A DNA stretch of 53,745 nucleotides, counting the filler, from Basidioascus undulatus (taxonomy: Eukaryota), in assembly GCA_000826855.1 (NCBI GenBank). It is 3 parts of 3 records of this genome, joined end to end, with 100 filler letters (N's around TTAATTAATTAA, not from the genome) between each part and the next. Parts side by side here need not be neighbours in the genome. Positions count along the whole stretch, not along the records: positions 1 to 17,870 come from JTLS01000505.1; 2 more parts are not named here. The stretch is one strand, 5' to 3'. Positions within the stretch are counted from its first letter, which is position 1. Every line of letters starts with the position of its first letter. Positions 1 through 12,652 of the stretch are shown piece after piece. Made by a program: the position numbers and the translations under genes. The notes under the pieces were generated by a model that worked only from the letters and a program-made list of their open reading frames with translations, ran no database searches and was not told the DNA's origin.

Positions 1-956
1 GATCTAGAAGTTTTGTTGAGGGGCGCACTGGGGCTTGGGGAGAAGCGGACTCCGAGCCGCGTCGTCCAGCATGTCTTCGTCGCCTAGCGAAGCGGTCGGA
101 GGGGCGTCCTCGTCGTCTACTGCCTTCGCAAGCGTCTGCGGCGAGCGGGTGGGCGAGGTGCTGTGTGCGGCGGGAAGAGACTTGTTCAGTGCCTCGTCCT
201 CGCGAGAGAGCAAGTGACTGTGAGAGGCGCACCTAGAGGCAAAGAGCGAGCCTGACCCGAACGCGCCCCCGCCGGTGGTGGACGCCGACGCGAAGCGCAT
301 GGTGGGCGACGACGCGCTCGCGCGCGCCGGGGACGTCCAGTCATTCTGGGCCGCCGCGCCTCCGGCACTTGGGGACCCATACCCAGCCTGCATCCGTGTC
401 CCCCTCCAATCAGCTTCTTGCAGGAAACCCAAGAAGACAAACATCAACGCACCGTCCCGCCCCTCGCCGCTGAGCTCAGATAGCCCGGGAGGTAAGTCTG
501 CACGCCCGCGCCCCCGAACGCGTCCTGCTGCTGCTGCTGCTGCTGCGGGTGCTGGAGCGGGTGCATCCCCTGCTGGGGAAGCGTGCCCTGCACACCGGCG
601 CCGTACGCGCCCATGCCACCTTGAGGGGTCCCAAACGCGCCCGGCGTCCCCGCCCCAGCACCGTACGGCGCCTGCCCCTGCTGCTGCGGGCCGTATGGGC
701 TCCCCGCTCCCCAGTACACGCCCGGCGCGTACTGCTGCGGCCTTCCCAGTTCAGAGGCGGACAGCGGCCCGCCGGCGCCGGCGCTGTAGGGCGTTTGGGC
801 CCCGGGCGTCCCGAACGGGGGCTGCTGCTGCTGCTGCTGGTGTGGTTGTTGCTGTTGCTGCTGGGGCGTGAAGGAGCCCGGCGCGGGAGAGCCGCTGCCT
901 GACTGGCGCGGCTGGATCGGCGTAGATGTGGGCGGGGGAGGGAACCGGAAGGACAT
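1..956 (-). CDS. NUP53: Nucleoporin Nup53/Nup35-like protein, 5' part (multi-exon, runs off the window start)
   Basis: ATG at 956. Low-complexity Q/G/P N-terminus followed by the YLPGYL and DAPPTASLGD motifs typical of the Nup53/Nup35 N-terminal region. GTGCGT donor at 452. The RRM domain is not in the window. Confidence 0.6.
525..863. repeat. Two (CTG/CAG)n microsatellites encoding polyQ tracts of the Nup53-like gene
   Basis: (CTG)7 at 525-545 and (CTG)6 at 822-839 followed by degenerate TTG/CTG triplets. Confidence 0.85.
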
Positions 957-1707
957 TGTTGGGAGGATGGGGAGGTGAGGAGGGTGGATGTTGTCCTTGT
1001 TGAGGTTGAGGCTTGAGTTCTGTCGGAGATTACGCGCGTACGCGGCGATAACGTATTCTTTCAAATCCGCAGTCTGAGCGGTCAGCTGCAGTCTCTTCCA
1101 TTTTCGTACTTTGCCGAGTTTCGCTAAGCGTACTTTCGAGCGTTGTTTATAGATGAGTAAAAAAACTTTCAAGAAACGTTGAGTAGACCGACCGGAAGCT
1201 TGGAAGCCTTACTTGCTATCCCAACCCGCACCACCCTGCAGCGGTGCTTTCATCTATTCCTGGGGCGATCAGTCCTTCTGGCATATACATATCAGCAAGG
1301 AATAACAATTAACCAAAGTTATCAGACAGTATCATTAACTCAAGAACCCGTCCAGCAGACGCAAGGATGGCAGTGTGCTGAACAAGAGAGGCAGCTGAGA
1401 TGGCATGAGCTGTCTGAACTGAACCCTGCGGACCTCGCTAGCACACATGTCTGGGGAAAGCTCCGGTTATTCTCTTCCCATATCCCCGTTTGATCACTGC
1501 CAACTTGTCAAGGCGCGAGCCTGCTGAAAAGGGCAAAACCAGGCAAAACACCCCGGCGTGGAACTTGCTGAGTCTGCTCGGCCCGCTGCGACGTCGGCCT
1601 TCTCGGCAAGGGATTTCCACCTGGTCTTCCTCGTTCACCCTTCCTCTACCCACTCGTTCCATCTTCTCGCCACCACTCGCTTTCCGTGTAATTTCCCAGT
1701 TTTTGAC

Positions 1708-2604
1708 ATGGCGTCTCTTAACCCCTGGCTCGCGCCCGTCTACGCCACTCCGGAGCAGAATCCGCAATTCGCGACGCTCACGCCTGAAGAGCGGGAGAAT
1801 GCGCTCCAGGTGCGCACCGTCCTCTTTCCTCGCCCTTGCCTAACTGAAGTATGGCTGAGCACGTCGGATTGGACTCCCGCAGATGATCAAGTACCAGAAG
1901 CTCGCCGCGATGGCGATGGAGTCGTGCCCGGTGAAGATGGGGCTCTCCGCGGGGGCAGGGTTCGGCCTCGGCGCATTCTTCTCGCTCATGTCGTCCTCGT
2001 TCGCGTACGAGGACCCGCTGGGGCGCGCGGCGCAGATGAACAGGCAGCAGAAGATCCGCGAGATCTTTGCCGACATGGGGCGCGGGATGTGGCGCGGCGG
2101 GAAGGGTTTCGCCATGGTCGGTGGGCTGTTTGCGGGGACGGAGTGCGTGATTGAAGGGGTGAGTTGGTTCTTTCTTCGGTCGAGGGTGGGATGCTGACGT
2201 AGGGTTGGGGGGCTCTCGCAGTTCCGCGCGAAGCACGATATCTACAACGCCTTGACCGCTGGGTTCCTGAGCGGCGGCATTCTCGCACGCAACGCCGGGC
2301 CCAAGGCGATGATCGGTGGTGGTTTGGCATTTGCGGCGTTCTCTGGGGCGATAGACTACTTGTGAGCTCGATTCTCGCTTTTGTGCAGCCTGACGGTGAA
2401 TGTAGACTAACGGTGGCGCTCCGCTTCTTTCACAGCATCAACCGCGAGGTATGAATTCTGTGAATGGTCTGTGAGACATGAACTGACCCTTGTCACTAAT
2501 TCCTACAAGTCTGCCGAGTAAGTTCGAGAAGTCATGTCTCGTACGACGAACGCGGAACTCATGTCCCCCACCCCCCCTCTTGCAGCGACGATTACACCCT
2601 CTAA
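1708..2604 (+). CDS. TIM22: Mitochondrial inner membrane translocase subunit Tim22 (6 exons, including 13-nt and 8-nt microexons)
   Basis: [25 protein letters not shown]...[67 protein letters not shown] is the Tim17/22/23 family with the Tim22 conserved Cys pair. The spliced end reads INRESADDDYTL*. Confidence 0.93.
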
Positions 2605-3144
2605 GCACCAAGCGTCCCCGCTCTGCACTCCCTCTCCATATTAAATTAAGTCCTCATCCTCACCGGCACCTTCCGGCTCCTCGCCGCTCTTCTACTCCGC
2701 TCGGATCCGTCTCTTCTCCCGGTCTTGCGCTCGTCGACCGCCAGGCCCGGGCAGAAGACGCCGTGGTAGAGGCGTTCGCTGCCTGAGGATGGGTGGGATT
2801 GGAGGGGAAAGGGCATCGCCATCATAGACGTCACCCGCTAGATACCTTGCATAGACACATGATACCCCTACTCCGCTCGACGCATCCCATCTTTGCGCAT
2901 CATTGTCGACGTGTGAGAACACGTTTGCGTGCCAGGGCGGGCGCCTACGACCTTCCAGCGCTTTTCATCTAGTGATACTAGGCAAATCTGCATCGTTTCT
3001 CAGTATTGTGTTGCTTCGCGAGGGCAGCGTCTTACAAGAAACTGTCAGCTGCATAAATCGCACGTGACTGCAATCTCGCTGGCAACGCGGTCGCATGCAT
3101 CTCGACTTGTTGCTTTCACTCCCTGATCTCAATTCTCAACCATC

Positions 3145-5460
3145 ATGTCCTCCCACCCCAACACAAACCACCATCCATACCAATCCTCCCCGATCCCCAT
3201 CCGGAGCCCCTCGCGCACCGACGCCGCGCTGCCCTCGCTTGCCGTCCCGCGCCTAAGCAGCAGCGCGTCTTCCTCGGTCTTTGACCTCCCCATCTCGAAC
3301 CCCGCGCTCGACGCGCTGTCCGGATCCGGATCCACACCGGCCGCAGCTGCCCCGGAGAGGAGGCCGAGTATGGTCTCCCCGTCCGCCGAGCGTGGGAGGA
3401 GGGACGCGCTGAGCTATGTGGTTGTCAGCGGTGGGACGGGGTGCAATAACCTCGTTGAGGCGTTTCCGGAGGATACGACTTATGGTGCGCCCCGCCTTTT
3501 TTTTGCGCTTCTCATGTTACCCTTGTCGTTTAGCTGAGAGAGGAGGTTCAGTCCTGCCCATAAGCGACAACGGCGGCTCCTCCTCCGAAGTGATCCGCGT
3601 GATGGGCGGCCCCTCAATCGGCGACATCCGCTCGCGCCTCATCCGCCTCATCCCAATCTCGGACCCCGCGACAGAGGCGATTCGCGCGCTCCTCGCGTAC
3701 CGTTTTGATCCCCGCAAGAGCGAGGAGGAGGTCAAGCTTGAGTGGCGCGAGGTGAGCTCGTTGCGAACGCCGGGTGAAAGGACTGCGGGACGTGATGCTG
3801 CGTGCGGGTGGGAAGGTCGTGGAGGGTCGGAGTTGGCTTTGGCAGGGCGTGCCGAGTGATAGGATGGAGGTCGTGCGAGGTGGGCACTTCAGTCCGCCTT
3901 CCCGTCTGCCACACAGCTGAAGATCTGACTTGCTCACCATCCAGGTTTCCTGGTCCACTTCGAGTCCGAGCTCCTTCGACGCGCGCACAAGGGCTTCTCG
4001 TTCCGGAACGGCTCGGTTGGGAACTTCTTCCTCTCGGCTGCGCTGCTCTTCTTCCGCTCCCTGCCGTCCGCGATATTCCTCTTCTCGAGCATCGCAGGGA
4101 GCAAGGGCAATGTCGTGCCTGCTATCTTGACGAACCATACAGTTACCATTTCGGCGGTGCGTTGATGAGATCCGCTCAAAAGTGAGGAAGCCCCACACTG
4201 ATGGCAAGGCGGGAACGCGTTGCAGGAACTCGTACGCAACCGACCATACATACCTTCTGCCCATTATCCAAGCTAATCGACCTACCACAGGCAGACGGCT
4301 CCGTCATAGTAGGCCAGAACGAGATCTCGCACCCCTCTCAGCTGTCCCCCGCGCTCGCGCGCCGTCGGTCCTCGCGTTCCGTCCACGCGCACTTCTCCTC
4401 AGGGCGTCCCCTCAAACCCTCCTCCCCCACGCCTCTGCCCTCCCTCCTCCTCGGCGACGAGATCGGCACCGCCTCCGAGCTGAACGTCGGGTCGCCCGTG
4501 GGCGTGTCCGGGTCGAGCTTCGGCGGGTGGGAGGATCGCTTGCGCGGCCCTGCTGGGGGACAACAGGCGGTCGGCGCGAATGTCGTTTTTGATAAGAGCG
4601 GGGAGGGGATGGAGCTTAGCGCGAGGATAGAGAGGGTTTATTACATCAACATCTATGTGCGTTGTCCATCTGGTTTTCAGGCGAAGAACGATGCTGACGC
4701 GAACCAACAGGGCAACGAGATTTTCCCCAGTCCTAACCCAGCGTTCGTGCACGGGCTGAAGGAGAAGGACGTGCTCGTATATAGCTGCGGGAGTCTGTGG
4801 ACAAGGTGCGCCTTATCTCAAATGTGTCGTCCTTCCTCCCATCTCTTTGCTGACGCCGGCTCGAGGGCGGTAGTATCATCCCTTGCCTGGCGCTCCTTGG
4901 CGTCGCGTCGAGCATCGCGCAAAGTCCCAGTCTGAAGGCGAAGGTCGTGCTCCGTACGACATTCCCCATATCGTCCTCCCTCCTGTCTGTTGAACCTATC
5001 GGCTCATTTCTATTCCGCAGTCAACTCAAAGAACGACCGGGAAACGACGGGCTACAATGCCCTCGACTACCTGAAGTGTCTCCCGCCGTTTCCGTCCGTT
5101 CGCTCATCCTTGACGCTGACTCTTTTACCCATTTGCATGGAGCGCCATCGCCTTCACCCTCAACCGACACGACGCGCTCCCGAACTCTCAGAACGCGCGC
5201 GAGACGCCCTACCCTATCAGCGCACTCGTCTCGCACGTCGTCTACCTGGACGGAGGGAGCGTAGATGTCGATGAAGAAGCCTTAGAGGTGCGTTTGCGGT
5301 GGCGACGAAGCTTTTTAAGATATAGCTAACGTGGCATGTTGCGATGCAGGAGCTGGGCGTCACGCCTGTGCGCTTGAACGGGGGAGAGACAGACAAGGTG
5401 CAGTTTGACGCGGACCTGGTAGAGGAGGGGCTGCGCAGAGTCCTTCGAGAGATAGATTAG
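3145..5460 (+). CDS. CofD/YvcK-like (UPF0052) protein, yeast YNL011C-type, multi-exon
   Basis: VVVSGGTGCN, VLPISDNGGSSSEVIRVMGGPSIGDIRSRLIRL, NGSVGNFFL, IVGQNEISHPS, RIERVYYIN, LVYSCGSLWT, NSKNDRET. Stop TAG at 5458-5460. Confidence 0.85.
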
Positions 5461-6100
5461 ATGGCGTTCGTTTAGATGTGTTGTAGACTTTATAGTCTTG
5501 AGAACCTTCAGCGGCGCTGGCCAAACTTCACCTCTACCTCCGAAGTGAGTGTGCATCACATGCCGTAGCGGCTGCGAAGTTTTGCCCCCGTACCTCGCTT
5601 CGATCATGGAGTGAAAGCTGGACTCATTATGTAGTATCTTTGGCAAAGTTGGTAAATGATACCGTTGTAGCGCGGTGGAGAGGTAATCCGCAAAGAGGAA
5701 CAACAGGCGAGGGATATTCGAATGGGACACAACTGTGCTGTCCGGTCCAGTGTTGAGCAGAGTACAGCTTACTCTTTTTGTGCAGGTTGACCATACTTCC
5801 ACTTTGTCCACCTTTAAAAAGAAAGTTGCTGGCATGAGAAAAGCACTTGTACAACATGCCCCAAAGCGTATCGGCAGCCTCCCCCCTCGGAACGCATCTG
5901 TTGCGCCAGAATCAGTAGTATTGGAGACATAGCCAAAGGCAGGCCCTGTGCAAACTCAAATGCAAACCATATACTTCCGTCGATCGACAGGCAAAGCCCA
6001 CTTCTTTCTCACACAGTGTTCGCATGCTCTCCCAGCAGGTAACGACACACTTTTGGCATAGAGTACCGAGAAGTTTGTATAATGTCTACATTTACGATCG

Positions 6101-7100
6101 TCAAACGGCTCCCGTAATCAACCCCGTGTGCCCGTTGCGCAGACAAATGCCATCGGATGAGAGCTTTGTACCAACCACGTCTGCCTCTTCCCAAAGGACC
6201 GCGAGGAAGTCCCAATCCCATGAGGCAGAATCATAGGCCTCTACCTCGACGGTTTGCAGGGCGGGCACAGTATGACGGATGAGCGGAAGTAGCCCCAGAA
6301 GCCGGACTTGCAGTGGGTCGTCACGTCCATGAATCGACACATGCATCTTTCGGGGCGACCGCGGAAGAGCTCTGATGAGCCCACTTTCTACACTGGGGAG
6401 CTGTATTCCGAGCTGCTGGGGTAGTGGGCAGTAACAAAGCAGTGGTACCCATACGGCGTCATCATCGAAAAACACGTCACCCAAGCGAAGCAACCGGGAG
6501 CCGTGGCGAGTCAAGAACTGATGGAGCGCATGGAACAATCGTGGTAAAAGACAAGTTTGAATACATCCAAGGATGGAAAGGCGGATCGCGGAAATGCGCA
6601 TCGCGAACGGAAGAGCATGATGGCTTCCTGCTCTATACGTATGAGGCTGGGCAGTTCGAGTTCGCGCAATCGCGGTAACTCGAAGGGTTCTGTCGCAGAG
6701 AGCGACGCCATCCCGCGCTCGCCCAGGGAGATGAGGGAAATGTCCAGTTCACGAAGCTCTTTGAAGGAAGACTACACAAAGTATCGGGGTGCGATAGGTC
6801 GAGCTGTACGTCGAGAGTTCAGAGAGTACAGCTGCTGGAAGCGAGGGCGTGAAGAGAGGGCGCCCCGAAAATGGCGGTAAGTCACGACTTCTTTGAGACG
6901 ACTCGAGAAGGAAAGGACGTTCGAAAGGGAGCCCTGGTCAGCTTGAGTGTCGTAGGTAATCGTAATCGTTCGAGAGCGAAAGGGCTTTCGTCGGGCGACA
7001 TGGAGGCGACTGAGCAAGCGCTCGCAGGCATCCACGGCCCCGTGCCCTTCGAGTCGAACGGAGCGATACCGGAACGGCTCGGAGATTATCTGTGCCAGCC
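6101..7100 (-). pseudogene. Possible degenerate RNI/LRR-like (F-box-associated) gene
   Basis: Leucine-periodic fragments in different frames (FKELRELDISL, FELPRLRELELPSL, AFPSLDVFKL, VPALQTVEV) separated by stops or frameshifts. Boundaries approximate. Confidence 0.3.
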
Positions 7101-7349
7101 ACACCTCTTTAGTACACCAAGATATTCCACATTCTCAACAAACCGGGGCGTACAAGCCATAACTGGCAAACGAGCGGAATCGACGTCAGCTGAGGCAGCC
7201 GTCAGTCCTTTTTGTAACTGTCTTCGTACGCAAGCTCAAGGATGCGCGCCCAGATCTCTTGGGAGCAAGGGTAGAAGTGCCAGAGACAGGGGAAACGAGA
7301 ATGCTTATGAAGAAAAGAATATGGTTTCCTCATAGAATGAGGAAATGAA

Positions 7350-8324
7350 ATGGGGATGAAGGGAATTGCTCCGTCTGGAGCCCGTGTTTGGCAGCTGATT
7401 CAGAGGAGCTTCGGGTCCTCCATGGCCACCAGCGGGGATGGACAATTCTATTGGAAGGACCTCAATGTCTTGAATCAACCTGATTCAAGTAGCAGTAGTG
7501 GGCGGGTTACTGCCTTACAAGGTTATTACGGAAGCAAACATGGTTGTTTGGGAATTTACAGAATGCTACAGAACTAGGAGTTTGCCAGCTTCAAATACCT
7601 TGGCATCTGGGGGAAGCTGAAGTAATGATCTTCTCGCCAGAATGTGGATGGTTGGTGCGTGAAAGTTGCTGTGCCGCATGCCCAGTTGCAAAGACGGATA
7701 TATGTCTGCGGTGCTTCTGACAACGCTGGAACAAAATGATTCTCCTGACTGTAAATCTAACCCTGCCTAAGTAGAAGGGTGAGAGGAGTTCAAAGTCCGT
7801 GGACTTTAACCGGGTAGAAAACCGAAGCTACTTGTACACGTGAGGATTGAATCACATACACCCGCACACAGTGACACACCTTGTGCCTGCATCCTTGGGT
7901 TGATCAAGTGACCAGCACTGCAGAGTTGAGCTCAAAGGGTAGTTCCAGATTGGCTTTGAATCAGCAAGACAGAGATCATGATCTTGTGAAAGATGGCCAT
8001 CATGCTGCCGTTTTCATGCGAGCTGATGCTCCCACATCTATTATGCGGCTGACATTATGCCCTGCTGTGAACACTGGGGGCTCTCTTGCCATAGGATTGG
8101 GCCTCTGTTTTGGCAGTCAGAAGATAGATTACCATTATCCTTCTCTTTTTGTGGCTGCGCCTGCGTCAGGTTAGCCGCGCTGTACAATGGCCAGCCTGCC
8201 GCATAAAGTACCGGAGTGAGGCCCATCAGCAATTACAGGGTACCCTGACAATGATAGGAGGTCACCACTAGGGTAAGCTTACCCTATGCCTCTGAGGGAC
8301 AAGGGTACCCGCGTTCCGGCACTG
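7350..8324. mobile_element. Possible degenerate transposon relic ending in GGGTA/TACCC palindromes
   Basis: Non-genic, compositionally distinct stretch that ends in three palindromic GGGTA(AGCTT)ACCC-type motifs (8236-8310). No transposase motif recognised. Confidence 0.2.
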
Positions 8325-11300
8325 CATGGTCGTGATTCTGCTCTACCTCTGCTCTACCGTTGCATCTTCCCACAGAAATGTTTAACAAAACAGTGATTAT
8401 ACATGGTATTAATTATTATATTGGTCGGCTCACGGACCTGGATAGAAATACAATAGGAAAAAAAGTAAAGAGCACCTGAACAGGCTGAACACACAGCTGT
8501 TCATAATATCGTTGTGTGGCTTCGGCCACCAAGCCACCGACACTTGAACAGCCAATCATAAGCCAGCTTTACTCGTGGACAAGGCCGGCTTACATGGACA
8601 AGGCGGGAATTGGGCATCACGTTCGCATAGACATTCACACAGGGTGCTCTCCCAAGTCGAGCGAAGGTTCGACTTCACACGATCCGTAATCGAGAAACCC
8701 AGGCTGTGTGCGCCAATCAACACCATCAAGTTATAACGTTTCACTGGGTCAAGCCGTCTCAAGTGGTAGTTTCACAGCATGTCTGCACCGGCGTCACCAG
8801 AATGTAACTTACGCGTGTGCTGAGGGCCATGCAGCATCGACAGCGGCCCTCGACGCAACGCACCATGCCAGTTGAAGGGTCACATTTGAGGTCAAATTGG
8901 GGAAATTCATGCGCCAGAGCGGTTTCTGGCGTGCAGTTAACAGCGTACAACTGTCCGTTGGTTCCATTGCAACAGGGTGACTGCTACTTTGCAGCGCAGC
9001 CAGCCCATTCAGAGCTGTGCCGTGCACCGACTTTGAATTGCAGCTATCTCGAAGAAACGACTTTGATCCAGAATCCGGCGAAGTGAAGTTCTGAAGTAGA
9101 CAAAGCAGGTTACTTTGCCAACGTCACATCGAAAGGTAAGGTGGAGAGCATAGATAACCATGAGTGTACATATACGACGGCTTGTACACACCTCTTGTCC
9201 TTGCGCTCTCACTCTCAAGACCTTCAAGCAAGCACGGGCTCAAAAACACGTTCCCTTGCTAGTTCTTCTCAACAAGCAGTCCGGCGTGGTCGAGGAGGCC
9301 CTCGAGCTCGCCAACTTCAGCGCACGCATGAGCGCCCAAGAGCCGATTGAGTACGCCGATCCTCTCGTCCGTCGTCACAAATCGTTCACCTGCGTCTCTG
9401 GCTGCCCTCCCAGCTGGAGGGGGGGTAGGGTCGCCATCCAGAGACTGATGGACGCTCAGAGGGCCGGCACCCGCGCAAGCTCCAGCTGCACCCTCCTCCT
9501 TACCATTGGCGATGCATCGCGGACCCTAGCGCTCGCCGTCCTCGCTGCACAAGGGCAGTCCGACATGGGCGTTCTGCCACTCTACCCCTCCCAGCTTCTC
9601 AGCCATAGGGAATACGACCCTCAGTTCGTAGCGATTCACAAGGTCTTGCTCCGATCGCCGCCTTTTAGGTACGGCAGGGTGGTGCTTCTTCGGGACGAGG
9701 TGCGCCTGAAAGGTTTGGCGCTTATAGATTATATTTGTAAAAGCTGAGCTGACGAAGGGAAGGGATATCGCTCTCCTCCAGGATCAAGCCTGTCTCGAAG
9801 CCGAGGATGTTCTCATAGGCCATTTTGCGCAGTTCTATTCGTCAGTCTTCGACACGCCGGACTTCTTCCTTCAGGCTGTCCCGCCTGTGCCTAAGGTAAG
9901 CTACCCGGTCCTGTGATAATTGAGTTGTATGGACTAAACTTACCACCTGGAGAGCACAGGAACTGGACGAAGCGAACTACGCTGCCGAGGTGGAGAGACG
10001 GTTCCCGTTCACTGGCGAGCATGTGCGGCCGTTCCAGTGGCCCAGTCGTCACGCATAATTAGCATTTTTCTGGCCGTCCTGGAAACTATGACAATTTGGG
10101 TGGCCTGGATCTGCCTGGAGCATCAAATCGAGCTGTATTGCACACAATGCAGTGGAACCCGAGCAGTAGCAGGCGACGACCAGCTGTGTTCTTGGATTCT
10201 GTCTGTCGTAAAAACGTTCCTAGGTCCTAAATCTGAACCTGCTTCGGCTGAATGTCTCAATTTACATAATCTTTCCTTCTCCCGCTACACGCGGACTCAC
10301 TCAGCTGGGCGCTGCTTCCCCACACCATCGAAGTCATACGGCTATGGAGCTAAGAAGGGCAGTGTCCGCTTAGTGGATGGAACCTCTTCAGCATACCGGT
10401 AATGGAGAGGTCGGGAGACATGAATATGATCCGAAGGCTGCTCTAGTGCGTTTTGTTTGAATAGATCTTCGAGTGGGGGACGTGGCCTAGGTGAAAGCTG
10501 AGCAATGCGCAATGCGCGAACCCTTTTTTTTCGGGTGACAAGTCAGTCAGTTGACATTGGTGGTGTTGGAATGTTTCCGATGGCACTGATGCGATTTCAC
10601 CTACGGTTCTGTAGCGAGGTTCACCATGCTGCACGCAAGTATGCGGTCGAGTTTTGTCCGAGTTACTTCTGTGGCCTCTGACCGCGACCCCAACGTCCGC
10701 ATGAGCCTCCGTCCAGACCTGGTCTTTATTTTTTGCTGTTGGTGTTTGGTGCATATAAGATCTTTCAATGATGAAATTAACTTTTGGTGTGCAAGCTTTG
10801 ATAAGTTCGTGGATATCAATCCGTCGACTCGACGACCTATGCGGGCAGTCGCCCAAGAGGTATTGTGCACGACTACTCAATCCGTTAATTACAGGAGTAG
10901 TTATGCCTGTGAGATTGTGGGGTAAAAGAACGGTTTGGCAATAATTCGACAACACAGACCGCCGCTGGCGTGCCCGTCCTTCACCGCGACGCCGGGCCAG
11001 TTATATCTCCCCAACGACCACCTCTTGTTTTTGGTCCTGGACAAGTCCACAGTTATTTACCGTCCTTCTTCAAGAACACCATATATTTTCAACATCTAAC
11101 ATCCATCTCCCCGACGAGGTCCCGCTCCACATTCAGTCGGCCATCCCGCTCCTCGCCGCGCACGTCTCGTTCTCCCAGACCTGCTCCACCCTGCCGCTTC
11201 TACGGCGGGGAGTCCTTCTTCCACCACGCTTGCCTCAAACCGGTAGCTCCACAGCGTAGCGCGCGGAAAACGGCGAGCTCCCGAGCTGGACCGCACACGC

Positions 11301-11329
11301 AGCCGCCGTTGTCCGGCACGCCAAGAGTG

Positions 11330-12520
11330 CGACCTTGAGGTCTGCAGGAAAGCGGTGGACCTGGACCTCAGTACGTCATTGTAGAGACTCTGCTCTCCCA
11401 GATTTGAAGGGTAATTGGCTGAATGAGGGCTCGGATCCTTCATCTCAGCGGTTGCTCGCCTTCGTATCATCGTCACGCCGAACTCAGCCCGCATCGGCAA
11501 GATCCCCGTCGAGATCCACGATCACATCTTCGAAATATCACGATGTTTTGCGCCTCCGACCCTGACCAAAAATACGTCCTGGCCTCTTCCCCTGACCGCT
11601 CCGACGCCTCCAAGGCCGATTTTGACAGCGACGTCTCCAGCAACTCCGATGCGAGCTCCGGCGACGGCGCGTCTACGCACGACCCGTACGCCGACCAGAC
11701 GCCTTTCGTGGACCACATCGGAGCCATGTCCCGCTTTTCGACCACCGCTCCCATCAGCATATTCGAGCTCGTCGGGGAGGACGCCTTTGGGGATGAGATC
11801 GGGACGGCTGTGCGAAACGACGAAGGTATTACGGCCTGGGATGCCATGACGGCGGTCTGCAACTAGTGCACCTTGCCTGCTTTCACCAGCCAGTCTTCCA
11901 GACACTGACTTTCCCTGGAGCCTCGAAATACTGCTGAAAAAGGCGGAGAAGAAATGGCTTCTCCGGCACGAGCTTGAGCAGTGGGAGCAGTGGGGGCCGG
12001 ACAGCGACGATGAAGGGGGGGCGGAGACGCGTGAGGAGGTCATCAAGAGGCTGAAAAAGAACATGAATCGTGCCATGCTGGTGAGTCCGTTCTCATGGGA
12101 CGAGTACAAGGACCGCATATCTGACCACATCCACAGGATCAAGTGGCTCGTAGCTACCGCTTCTCGGTCTAGGCAAAAGAAGCATCGCTGACTGACCTCG
12201 CCCCGCACGGCAACAGTTCTTTCCAAGGATTCGCCGAGATGCTTTCGGGCAACCTAGTCGCGGTCGCATGCTTTGAGGAGGAAAGTGAAGCGACGACCGC
12301 CGTCCCTTTCGGAGGAAGGGTCGCTATGGTTTAGCTGTACGGTCAGATAAATACGCGATGTTCGAGTCCATTGGGAGGTTTGCCGCATGGAAAGTACTCG
12401 AAATGCTTTCAAAGAAATGAAGATCAACCACTTCTCCTTGCGAGGTTAACTTCGCTGTATCCATCAGTTCCCTCGGCAGCCATGCGACAACAGCCAGGCA
12501 ACGCGAAGCGCTGCCTGTAT
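11330..12520 (+). pseudogene. Unidentified, probably disrupted gene with an F-box-like motif
   Basis: KIPVEIHDHIFEI (about 11499-11540) resembles an F-box. Downstream exon-like, GC3-rich blocks are in other frames and flanked by GT/AG sites. Confidence 0.3.
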
Positions 12521-12652
12521 CGGGACCGCACGTTGTTGGATCGTGCTTCATCTGAGGCAGAAGATCAGGCAACCGCTTGCACACCTACAACCAGCACAAT
12601 GACATCGAGTTTTCATCACAATCCATCTATCGCGCACGCTCGGCGCCAGCGC

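Noticed and set aside
9160..10100. Exon-like fragments here and at about 2646-2920, 18792-19170, 29880-30285 and 38780-39005
   Set aside because: Splice signals hint at gene relics or lineage-specific genes, but no family could be recognised and no consistent model built.
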